A stretch of DNA of 64,000 nucleotides from the human T2T-CHM13v2.0 reference genome, Homo sapiens, in the NCBI RefSeq assembly GCF_009914755.1, contig NC_060928.1; one strand, given 5' to 3'. The position numbers and the translations under genes are program-made. Each line of letters begins with the position of its first letter. Position 1 is the first letter of the stretch. The notes beneath the pieces were generated by a model. That model worked only from the letters and a program-made list of their open reading frames with translations. It did not search any database and had not been told where the DNA came from. Below are positions 14,468 through 26,417 of the stretch, piece after piece.

Positions 14468-14788
14468 AGGAAGGAAGGAAGGAAGGAGGAAGGAGAACTT
14501 GTGAGGGTAAGAAGAAGGAAGGAAGGAAGGAAAGAAGGAAGGAGGGAAGGAAGGAAAGAAGGAAGGAAGGAAGAAGGAAAGAAGGAAGGAAGGGAGGGAG
14601 GGAGGAAGGAAGAAGGAAAGAAGGAAGGAAGGGAGGGAGGAAGGAAGGAAGGAAGGGGAACTTGTGAGGGTAAGAAGAGTGAAGGAAGGAAGAAAGGAAA
14701 AAAGGAAAGAAGGAAGGGAGGGTAGAAGGAAGGAGGGAAGGAAGGAAGGAAGGAAGGAAGGACGGGGAACTTGTGAAGGTAAGAAGAA
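14468..14788 (+). repeat. GGAA/GA-rich compound microsatellite with triplicated core
   Basis: Nearly pure purine tract; 'gaacttgtga(g/a)ggtaagaaga' at 14495, 14658 and 14767. Confidence 0.95.
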
Positions 14789-15977
14789 CCAAATTGTTCA
14801 AGCCTATAATGTGAGTATAGTTTAAGATATATGCCCTTACTATTAGAGCTTAAAGCCAGAATGTCATAGACCAAACTCATAATATAGTTTATGGCTGATC
14901 TTTATGGTAATAAAAAAATCTAGAAAGAAACTGCCTGGCACCATTTGCTGAAGATGTTTTTTAATACTGTCAAGTGATTCATAATTATAAAGGGTGAATG
15001 GACTATGTTTGCTCTGTAGTGGTTATGCTGAGACTCATTAAGTACTTTCTGCATCCAGGAGTTCTGTTTTATGTAAACAAGACCTCTGAGGAATATATAG
15101 ATGGGTAATAAAGATGAAAGGAAATGAAGTATATTAACATGAGGACAAATTAATAACGGCCTTTCCATCTTCTAACAGGAAAATCAGTTGCTGTGGAATA
15201 ATTGCACTTTTCAATGCAAAGGGGAGCAAAAATCCAGACAAAGCAATAGACAGAAGACAGACAAAATCAGACAGGGCTCTGGGGTCAAACTACTTTATGG
15301 AGATAGTCTGCACTTTGGAAAACTTACCTGCTTTCCTGGCCAGGCTTCTGATGGGACTTGCAGAGAGCTTTTACTTGGCCACAAATGAAATCATCTTTAA
15401 TGTTTTGTAATGGACAGTGGGGCATGAAGAGGTTCTCTTCTTCATAAAGGGACAGGGAAAGGAGGGTAGGAGAATACAAGTACTGAAATGGCAGAAAAGG
15501 TAAGATTAACCAAATCACCATCTTATTTCTCTTCACATAAAAGAGTCGGAGCCTGTGTTTTGAGATTTGCTTGAAATAAATAACAGCATTGATAAGACAA
15601 GGCTGAGCTAACATGGATAGATCTGTTTTCCTATCAGCAATGCACTGTCTGAATTCCTAGACAAGTATGTCGGCTAAACTGAGTTTCCAACTGAGCAGAC
15701 CCTATATAGGTCACTGTAATATACAAACTATAACACAGCAAAGATGCCCATTGGGTCACCCAGATCTTTACTTGGCTCAAGGCTGCTAGTACAGAGTTAG
15801 CAAGTAGATAGCTCCAAAGGGCCTACCCCATGTACTGAATTTCAGAAGGTATTTCCACCCCAAAGATGGCCTGCTTTCTCAACCTTCAGGCATTTCTCTA
15901 CCCCTGGCATAGAGCTGACTTGCTGCCTGCTGGGCTTCCAAAACTCCAGATTTACACCTCTGGTGCTTTGCTCAGAC

Positions 15978-16147
15978 CAGGGCTGGAACTAGGATGAGAG
16001 GCAAGCCAGACGTGGGGTGGGAGGGGTAAATTTAAGGAGGCACTACATCTCAGGTCCCGAACCGACACTTGTACTTCCTTGAAAGTAAGTGCTTCCTTAA
16101 ATTTTGCACCCAGGAGCTTCCCTTGCCTCACCCTACTTTGGGCCTTG
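15978..16147. mobile_element. MER91-like hAT-Tip100 MITE
   Basis: Imperfect inverted arms 'cagggctggaactaggatgag...aaatttaaggaggcac' / 'gtgcttccttaaatttt...cctcaccctac...ggccttg'. Confidence 0.7.
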
Positions 16148-16455
16148 GACTCCAGAGTCTCTGGTGAGAGATCTGTGGATTGTGTTAGTGCAGGAAGCCT
16201 CACAGCCAGATCACTCTCACTCTGCTTGATAGCTCTTCTGTTTACCTCAACTAACTTCTCTCTCTATATTACTCAGTTTAAAGAATTTGAAGACTGGAAA
16301 CCTTGCATGGCATCTTAAAATGCAGAGCAAGGGGCCCATGTTGCTTTCTTGTTGAGCTCAGAGCAGGCCTGACTATGCAAAGGCTGAGACCAGTCCTGGA
16401 GCCACGCCGACTAACCCAAGACCAAGACATCCCAGGGACTCAGGGATGCTCCTCC

Positions 16456-16595
16456 CAGGACTGGCTTAGAAGGGGCCTGCTTGGTTATAATGCTCTGCTG
16501 TTATAGCCTTGACATTTTAAATAATTTTTAAACAAAGGGCCCTGTGTTTTTATTTTGCTTTGAATCCTGAAAATTATGTATTATAGTTGATCTTG
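16456..16595 (+). mobile_element. MER45A-like hAT-Tip100 MITE with internal deletion
   Basis: 'gcttggttataatgctctgctg...aataatttttaaacaaagggccctg...aaattatgta'. Confidence 0.72.
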
Positions 16596-16629
16596 GCTCT
16601 ACTTACAACAAATTAAAAATATCTAGTGT

Positions 16630-17175
16630 GTCAAATGCTCCCTGCCCCTTTAACACCCTTCTTGATTGTTATTGGAGTACACACAAGCCCTTACGGTGGT
16701 CCGTAAAACCCTGCTTTGTTGGGCCTCAATTCACTCTCCAGCCCTGCATTGTCCCTTCCTTCTTGTTACCTGCTTTCTGGCCTTCTTGCAGTCCTCAAGT
16801 GCACCACATTCCCTCTCACCTCAGGGCCTTTGTACAGGCTGTTTCCTCTGCCTGGAATCCTCTTCTCCAGCCCCACTCCCCAAATCTGGCTGCTACTGCT
16901 TGTCCTTCAGTTCTGAGCTCAGACATTAATTTCTCAGGAAAGCGCTGACCCACCAGGCTAGACTGAACCCCACGTCGTATATTCTCACGGTGCTTCTTCA
17001 GCGCCTGCCACAATGTATAATTAAATCTTTGTCTGATCATCTGATTAGTGTCTCTATTACCACGTGATTCCACATGAGACAGGGACTGTGTGTCTTTTGT
17101 TCACTTTCGTAGGTTCAAGGCCTAGCATAGTGCCAGGCACTTATTACAGCAAGCACTCAGTAAATAGTTGTGAAG
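16630..17175 (+). mobile_element. L2 LINE 3' fragment
   Basis: 'cctcagggcctttgtacaggctgtttcctctgcctggaat...cctagcatagtgccaggcac...cactcagtaaatagttg'. Confidence 0.75.
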
Positions 17176-17499
17176 GGAAGGGTAAGGGAGAAGCCCAGGG
17201 TATTCCTGTCTGGGGATGTTGTGTCGGGGGAGGCAGGGTGGGGAGATGTTGGAGGTGGGAGGTGGGCTGAGGGGAGGTAACCTCTGGAAGGATCTGAAGC
17301 AAAGCTGAATGCCCTTTGGCTGTTGACTTCCAGGCTCAGATACCCAATGCTCTCAATCTGAAGTCATCCTCAGAAGCCAGCTCAGCTCCACACTAGCCTC
17401 TGGTGAGGGGAGATGATGAATGAGCAAAGTTTAATCACATTGAATTCAATTTGCTGATGGTCAACCTAGGTATCTCAATAATTAGGGGAAAATATACTG

Positions 17500-17860
17500 T
17501 GTGTTAGTAATTTCTAACGAGCATGCAAGGTTTCAGTTTGCAGCGTGGTCTGCTAAGCATTTTAATAGTTTGAGTTTTCTTCTTATATTTGCCTTCCTTA
17601 TTTAGTGGTATACTTCCCTTTGGGGATTTTATTCCCTTTGATAGACTTGTGAAAGTATAATTTTTTTCTAACTCTGTGGTGTATTTTGTCTCTTTGCTTC
17701 CTTTATCTTTTCTTTTGCAAGCCACCGAAAGTCATGTGTTAGTCTTTGATTTCCTTCTATGGTCCCACATACCTTTCTTGTAGATTTTTTCCTTGTGATC
17801 TTTGAAATATCCTCCACAAGTTCAAAGTGACCGCTACTTGTTGTAGGGAAAAAGAAAGTC
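17500..17860 (-). mobile_element. Decayed L1 ORF1 / HAL1-like fragment
   Basis: Minus-strand translation ELVEDISKITRKKSTRKVCGTIEGNQRLTHDF resembles L1 ORF1p KVEMKEKMLRAAREK..VT.KG.PIRLTADL. Confidence 0.4.
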
Positions 17861-18809
17861 AAAACTCCTTCTCGGTTGTAGGACCCTCGACTTTCTTTCA
17901 ATATCCCCCTGCCCCACCCCTCACACTTCGTATTCACCCAGATCCTAAATGCTCCTTGTTTTGGTTCCAAAAACTAGAATAATCTTCTACTGCTTCTCTC
18001 TGTGGCAGAGACACAGATCGTTAAATTTTGTTGTTGTTATTCTTACAAGAGAAACAAGAGGCAAATGGTAACTTTTCTAAGCAGCTATTCACTTGTCTAA
18101 AGATGAAGTTTTATACTTGAAATGTGGAGGCTTCACTAAGGAACTATTTTCCATAACTTTGTCACCCATCAGCTGTTGGTGTCACTGAAATTCTCAGCAG
18201 CTGCAACAGGGGAAGGTTCTCCTTTTTTATTCCCACCATGCCCTCACCACTTTGGAACAGCTAGGAATACCGGCAGTGACATAACGCATCTGATTATTCG
18301 TTATGATCCAAATCTTAGTTTAAATGAGGCTCCCAGTAACTGATGGTTTAGGAAAAAGTAAGAATTCAGTGGAAATACTTAATTTCAGATGGCTTTGGAT
18401 CTAAATAAAGGGATAGATTAGGAAATGATTGATCTTTCTTAGAGTCCAGAGTATTTAGCCATTCACCAGGGTGGTGAAATGCTTCTTTTTGCTTTCTTGA
18501 CTTTTTAAAAAATAAGCTTCACACCCTGGTACTTCCCAAGTTGTGATGCAGAAACCATGATTTGTCTCATTTCTCTCTTACCTCTGTCTCCCACCACTGT
18601 GTCCCTTTATTTGGCTTACTTCAAGTTCCCCTAGCACATTATGTGCAGCTCTTCCTGTCTACATTCTATTGAGACATGCCATATAAGTATTTCTATCCCC
18701 CTCACTGATCATTAGCTGTGTGACCTTGGGCGAGTTACTTAATCTTTCTGAATCTTGGTTTTCTCAACTGTAAAATGCCAACACCAATAACTTCCTAGTG
18801 GTGTTTGTT

Positions 18810-19800
18810 AATTTATTTGCCCACCTATTGATTCAACAAGTGTTCCTTGAGCTCTGCCTCCATGCCAGGTGCTACTCTAGGTCCTCTAGGTCCTCTAGGG
18901 ATACAGCAACAAACAAAACAAGTCCTTGACTCCATGGAGTTCACCTACAGATGGTTAGAGAGACAATAAGCAAATAAATACATAATATATCCAGATGTGC
19001 TAAGTTATTTGAAGAACAATAGGCAGAGTAGGAATAAAAGAGAATGATGGGTGGTCCTGCAGGTTGGGTTCCCTGGGAAACAGGTTCTGCGATGGAGACA
19101 CAGGATCATACCTGGTGGGAACAGAAAGGCAGGAGGAGGGGAAAGGCCTCAGTTGACTCCATGGGGAGTTCTGAAGCTGGGATGGCTTTTCTGAATTGAC
19201 CCAAGTTGGGACAAAGGGTTTGGGTCTTTATATCCCTGCTTTGATCAGCCACTGGACATGGGCTGCCCCTAGAAAAATGGCTCTTTTCAGCTAAGGGCAA
19301 TTTTTAGAGAAGGCTGAGAATTTAGAGTTGTCAACTGACATTACTCCCAGCACTTAGAAGAACAAGCCCTTCAGTCCTGAAGGGGATGGAGGTGGCATAT
19401 AACCATCTCCACTATAGATGGGGTACATAGTGCTATTTACAACATGATTATAACACAGTTTTATACCACAATTCTATATTTTAAAACACAAATTTATAAG
19501 GGATGTGCTATTAATGTGGTAGTAAAAGAAGCTTTCTCTGATATGGTGACATTTGAGGTGAGGTTTGAAGGAAGAGAAGATTAAGCCTTGAAGATATCTT
19601 GGGAAAGAGCACACCAGGCAGAGGGAGCAGGCAATGTTAAGACCCTGAGAATGGAACATTCTTGATATGTTCAGGGAATCCAAGGAGACTGGTATGGTTG
19701 AAGAAGAATGACCAATCAGTGGGAAAAATGCTAGGAAATGAAGTCAGGATAGAGCCTTGAGCCAGATCATGGGGGGCTTCATAGGCTACTGCACAGAATG
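18810..19800 (-). mobile_element. L2 LINE 3' fragment interrupted by an LTR16-type LTR
   Basis: 'ttcaacaagtgttccttgagc...gccaggtgctactctagg...' resumes after the LTR with 'ggtgacatttgag...ggcagagggagcaggcaatg...tgagccagatcatggggggc'. Confidence 0.7.
19052..19416 (-). mobile_element. LTR16-type solo LTR (ERVL)
   Basis: 'gggagttctgaagctgggatggc...cagccactggacatgggctgccc...cttcagtcctgaagggga...ctccactata'; flanked by GATGG-like direct repeats. Confidence 0.72.
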
Positions 19801-19876
19801 CTGTGAGAATTACTTGAATTGATTCACATAAACTGTTTAGGAATGTGCCTGCGATATAGTTCTCCATGAAATTGCT

Positions 19877-19917
<41 letters not shown>
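19877..19917 (+). repeat. (ATC)n trinucleotide microsatellite at a MIR tail
   Basis: About 13 perfect ATC units; produces the poly-Asp in ORF 19637-19957. Confidence 0.95.
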
Positions 19918-19918
<1 letters not shown>

Positions 19919-20298
19919 TCTCTTTGTATGAGGGTGGCTCTGTGTATATCTCACCACAATTGAAATAAATAAATAAAAATGAAATGAATTTGAACATTAA
20001 AGATGGGTCAACTCCTCTGGAGTAATTATTAAATATGTGTTAATTTGTTTTTAAAAAAAAATTAAATGATTTTTCTGGGTAACCACCAAAAACATCCAAA
20101 GTACATATTGGGCGAAGTCAGTTCAGGCTAATGTGTTTTTCCCCAAAATATTTTGTGGTTCAAAATAAAGTAATTATAGAGCTCCCGATAATACTAGAGG
20201 ATTTGCAAGGACTTGAATAAACTCTTTTCAGAAGGATTTTTTTGAATAAATAAAAGCACCTTATATTATAATTGGATCTGTATAGTAAATAGAAAAAT

Positions 20299-20379
20299 AT
20301 ATAGTTGAACTATATGAAATTGCCTCTACTCAACTTTTTTTGACCTATAAAAATGTCAAGTTCATATATTCAACCAAAT
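20299..20379. mobile_element. MADE2-like mariner MITE
   Basis: Palindromic 'gttgaactatatgaaattg...tttttgacctataaaaatgtcaagttcatatattcaac'. Confidence 0.8.
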
Positions 20380-20855
20380 TTACATATTTTTCTGTGACAT
20401 CATTAACTAGAAAAAATGCACTTTTATAATAATAGTCTTAGGTCTTTATAATTCAAAATTTAAATTTCTATAGCCAGATCATAAGTTGCTTTTGATTATA
20501 TTTTATGTATTTCCAAAGTCTTCTTGCATAGTCCTAAAGGAAGAAACTGAAGTTCAAATTTCTTCAAAATAAAAAAAATTATAGGAGAGTGTATCTGATA
20601 GGTAACATTTCATATAGATCAAAAAGTAGTTTGGAAAATATATTTCCTTTCACTAAATAGTGAAAATTAAAAGACTGGATTTATTGCTTTGAACATCAAT
20701 TATTTGAAAAGGGGTCCAACCTGAGAATTAAGAGCCAGCACCTTTTCCTTTGGCCTGCCATCAAGGACGTAAAGCTCAGAGAGCAGGATATATACTTCCT
20801 TTAGTGTGTAGGTCACTTCCATGGACAAATAATTGACTCCATTTTGAGTTCATTC

Positions 20856-21910
<1,055 letters not shown>

Positions 21911-23041
21911 TTTTTTGTGTTGATTCTTGTCAACTTTAGTTAAAGTGTTTTTTGTCCTCATCTACAAAATCTCTGGAATTTGTAGTGTCTATATAGAAAA
22001 TGTTATAAGTCTTGAATATCTATGTAGGTCATATGTCAAACTATTATTAGCTTATATCAAACAGGTTTTTCTTAACTGATGACTATAATAATGTGTGACT
22101 CTCAGAAATATTGATAGCTCCTTGAAGAGGATGACAGAAACTGAAATGCTTGTCCAAACTGCCTGGCAAACTGAAAGAATGCTTAGAGATCACTCTGTCT
22201 CTCTCTTTCAGTCTCTCTCTCAGTTTCTCTCCCTCTCTCTCTCTCTCTCTGTCTCTCTGATTCCTTTTGCCAAGATCATCTCATTCTATTTCCCTATAGG
22301 TTGCTTTTGCTTAAACTTATCCTATGCAGAACAGACATATAGAAGAAAGGACTTGTAGGGAAATATTTAAACTCAAATCTCTTTAAAAAAAATAGTTTTT
22401 ATCTGGTGAATATTTGCTGTCGTTGACAGAATTTTCTGTCCACTTCATAAGAACTTTGTCAAAATAACTTTCTTGCCAATATAAGCCCCTGGAGCAATCC
22501 ACTGTCCATTGCTTTGTGCTCTGGGGAACAGCTGACCTTGGTTAGAAATTAATTTATTACTTCCTGTTTCCTTTATATCTCCCACTTCCCTCTCCACCTC
22601 CTTGCTCTAATAATGACACATAAAGTTAATGAGCACTGGTAATTAAGAGGGCCATTTTAGAACTAGTGAGTTGGGTATTGAATGCCCTTGACCTAAACTT
22701 TACTTGGAGAAAGGATAGCTGAGTAATTAGAAAATGGAGTTCCAAATCAGAAGCTGAGAAGTCTTTTCTGCCAGTAATTTGTGTAGCTTGGGCTGGATCC
22801 CTTTACCTCTCTACATTTTATTTTGTCCATCAGTTAAGTAGGAATTACCATTCTCATTAAAAGTTTTTGGGTGCACGGATGAAAATCACAATATGATAGC
22901 AATATAACTTTTAATCTTAGAAGAACTAGGCAATGTGAATGTTTTTACTAGTTATACAATCCAATATATTTTCCTTAACTCACGTTTGTACTTTCACCTA
23001 CTTAAATCAATAAAGGTCACAACTTAAATCTTTTAAGTTAA

Positions 23042-23353
<312 letters not shown>

Positions 23354-23529
23354 TTAAGTTAAATAGCTTAAAATATAAAGGGAAATAAAAAACACTTTAT
23401 TTCTAATTTCTTATATAATGACCAATTTGATCCTCAGAAAATTTTAAAATTAAGAATTTTATTATAGAAGTAATCAATTGAAGGAATATCAGAAAATGTA
23501 GATATGTAGGAGGAAAAACAAATCAGAAA

Positions 23530-23645
23530 ATCATGTGTTACAACAGGTTCATCATTTGTAACAAATGTACCCCTCTGCTGGGGGATGTTGATAACAGGGG
23601 GAGGCTCTGCATGTGTGGGGACAGGAGGTAGATAGGAAATCTTGG
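23530..23645 (+). mobile_element. Short L1MC/MD 3' UTR fragment
   Basis: 'ggttcatcatttgtaacaaatgtacccctctgctggggatgttgataacagggggaggct', same family as 10870-10960. Confidence 0.7.
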
Positions 23646-23810
23646 TATGTATGTAGCTCATATGCCAAACTATTATTAGCTTATATCAATATTAGATATA
23701 TATCCCTTCTGCTATTCCAGAAGGGATCATCTAGTCATATGTTTTTATAACATGATTTTTTTTTCATTTATTAGTCTATTTTCAGTATCTTTCTGGTTCA
23801 TTCAAAGTAA

Positions 23811-24256
23811 TGATAAGCTGATGCTATAATGTCCCATCCAGATCTCCCTTCAGAACTAGAAGACTTAATTACCCATCTGTATGCTGCTGGCAGGCACCCC
23901 TTAGCCCTCTACTCCATTTAGAACTGTTGGATGAAGGTATTTGCCTTGACCAAGGGAAAACCCATATCCATCAGCTGCAGGCTTCCAGTGGCTGCAAGAT
24001 GCAGGGTTATAAAGGCTAGGCTCTCTTGCCCTGGCTTGGGATAATTCTTAAGGGTTATTCCAGCTTCAGAACCCCCTGTAGGGTAGACTGAGGCCTTCAT
24101 TGGGACAGCACTATAGCCCCTCTTCTCCCTCTGCTCAGTCCTGCCAACCCATGACTTCCTTTCCAGAGACACGACCCTAGGAGTACTCCTTTGTCAACTT
24201 TCTATATGTTATTCTCGGTCTCAGAATTTTTTCTCTGGGGGGCCCAATCTATAACA
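23811..24256 (+). mobile_element. LTR16-type 5' LTR of a decayed ERVL provirus
   Basis: 'catccagatctcccttcag...ccagcttcagaaccccctgtagg...tctcagaattttttctctggggggcccaatctataaca', directly followed by internal sequence 'ggagtggtctgagaaagcagac'. Confidence 0.72.
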
Positions 24257-24619
24257 GCTACATTGGGAGTGGTCTGAGAAAGCAGACTCTATGATACAAG
24301 TTTCTAGCTGGTTCACTTTCTCCCCAAGACCCTGTGAGTGGTGGTGGATGGAGTATAGACAACCCCTGGCCCAAGGAAGCAGAGCATTGTTAAAGCTTTC
24401 ACTGAATGGGGAACTGGAATGGGATATTGGTAGAAGAGAAATGCACTAACTAGTGCTATGTCTTCATCAATAGCAATGGGGATCAGAGAATCCCAAACAT
24501 TAGAGACTAAGTGGTGGCATTTGACCACAGAGGCCAAGTCAGTGCAATTAATGTATTGAGTAAGGTCAGAATGAAGTGCAGGGGGACCTGCCCCACAGAA
24601 AGTTATGTAGTTGGTTCAA

Positions 24620-25510
24620 TGAGATTTCATCTCACTCCAGTTAAAATGGCTTGTATATAAAAAACAGGCAATAACAAATGCTGGTGAGGATGTAGAGAAA
24701 AGGGAGCCCTCCTACGCTATTGGTGGCAATGCAAATTAGTACAATCACTATGGAGAATAGTTTGGAGTTTTCTTAAAGTCTAAAAGTAGAGCTACCATAT
24801 GATTCAGCAATCCCACTGCTGGGTATACGCCCAAAAGAAAGGAAATCAGCATATCGAAGAGATATCTGCTCTTCCATGTTTATTGCAGCACTGTTCACAA
24901 TAGCTAGGAATTTGAAGCAACCCAAGTGTCCATGAACAGATGAGTGGATAAAGAAAATGTGGTATGTGTATGCAATGGAATACTATTCAGCTATAAAAAA
25001 GAATGAGGTCCTGTCATTTGCAACAACAGGATGGAACTGGAGATCATTATGTTAAGTGAAATAAGCCAGGCACAGTAAGACAAACATCACACGTCCTCAC
25101 TTATTTGTGGGTGCTAAAAGTCAAAACAATAAAACTCGTGGAGATAGTAGAGGAATGGTTACCAGAGGCTGGGAAGGATAGTAGAGGGGGTGGGGAGGAG
25201 AAAGGGATGATTAATGTATACAAAAAAAAAATAGAAAGAATGAATAAGACCTACTATTTGATAGTACAATAGAGTGACTATAGTCAATAATAACTTAATT
25301 GTACATTTAAAAATAACTAAAAGAGTATAATTGGATTGTTTGTAATACAAAGGAAAAATGCTTGAGGGGATGGATACCCCATTCTCCATGATGTGATTAT
25401 TACGTATTGCATGCCTGTATCAAAACAGCTCACATACCCCATAAATATATACACCTACTATGTACCCCAAAATTAAAAATAATAAAATTTTAAAAATAAA
25501 ATGAAAAAAG
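24620..25510 (+). mobile_element. L1MA1-3-like LINE-1 3' end inserted in the ERVL
   Basis: ORF2 tail and L1MA 3' UTR ('atgcttgaggggatggataccccattctccatgatgtg'), A-rich tail, degenerate TSD 'agaaagttatgtagttgg'/'agaaaattatataattgg'. Confidence 0.88.
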
Positions 25511-26053
25511 AGAAAATTATATAATTGGCTAATAGAATATACTATCCCTGGGGGAAACTAGATAGGCAGCCAACAGGGTGCTACTCAAGCTGTTCGATCA
25601 AAAGAAATCACGGATGAATGCCATCAGGAGACTGAGGGTCATCACACTTATATATATAAAAAAAATCACAGTCTCTTGCTTACTTTCTGACCCTGAGACA
25701 GTTTTTATTCTTAGGAACCCCTGCCCGAAGGAGCTGCCATCCCCAGGATAAAGGATCCTACAATATCATGCATGACAAGAAGATGTGGTAATGGATCCCC
25801 AGTCCTCCTTCAAAGGGACCTATGGCCGTTTATTTGGGAGACCATATACTAGGGAAAGGGGAATACCTAACTAAACACAGGCTCGAAGTTAACATTGATA
25901 TCCAAAGACCTGAAGCATCATGATGTGGTCATATAGAAGTCAAGTAATAAGTAGAATCCTGACCCAGGCCTGGCTCACAGTGGCTCCACTGGGTCCACGG
26001 ATCCATTTGGTGGTCAGTTCTCTGTTCCCAAATGTGTAATGGGAGAAGGTATA

Positions 26054-26417
26054 CAGACGGTCCCCAACTTACAGTGGTGTGACAGGATTTTTCAGCCATA
26101 TGAGGGTATGAAAGTGATAAGCATTAAGTAGAAACTGTACTTCAAGTCCCATTGAGACATTCTATTTTTCACTTTCAGTACAGTATTTAATAAATTACAT
26201 GAGATAGTCAACACTTTATTATAAAATAGACTTTGTGTTAGATAATTTTGCCCAATTATAGGTTAAGGTAAGTGTTCTGAGCAAATTTAAGGCAGGCTAG
26301 GCTAAACTGTGATGTGCAGTAGGTTAGGTGTATTAAATGCATTTTTGACTCAACAATATTTTCAAGTTATGGTGGGTTAATCAGGACGCAACCCCCTTGT
26401 AAAATAAGGAGCATGTG
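26054..26417 (-). mobile_element. MER47A-like Tigger MITE inserted in the ERVL
   Basis: Termini 'cagacggtccccaactta'/'taaggagcatgtg', TA target duplication, 'aaggcaggctaggctaa...gttaggtgtattaaatgcattt'. Confidence 0.85.

Noticed and set aside
14495-14787. Repeat-spacer pattern resembling a CRISPR array
   Set aside because: Only three copies, spacers are low-complexity and of unequal length, the context is eukaryotic, and there are no cas genes.
14329-14880. 183-aa and overlapping ORFs rich in LPSF or KEGR
   Set aside because: Translation artefacts of the GGAA/TTCC microsatellite.
18875-18900. Triple 9-bp repeat 'ctctaggtc'
   Set aside because: Ordinary slippage inside an L2 relic.
19637-19957. 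ORF with a poly-Asp run
   Set aside because: Caused by the (ATC)n microsatellite within MIR/L2 sequence.
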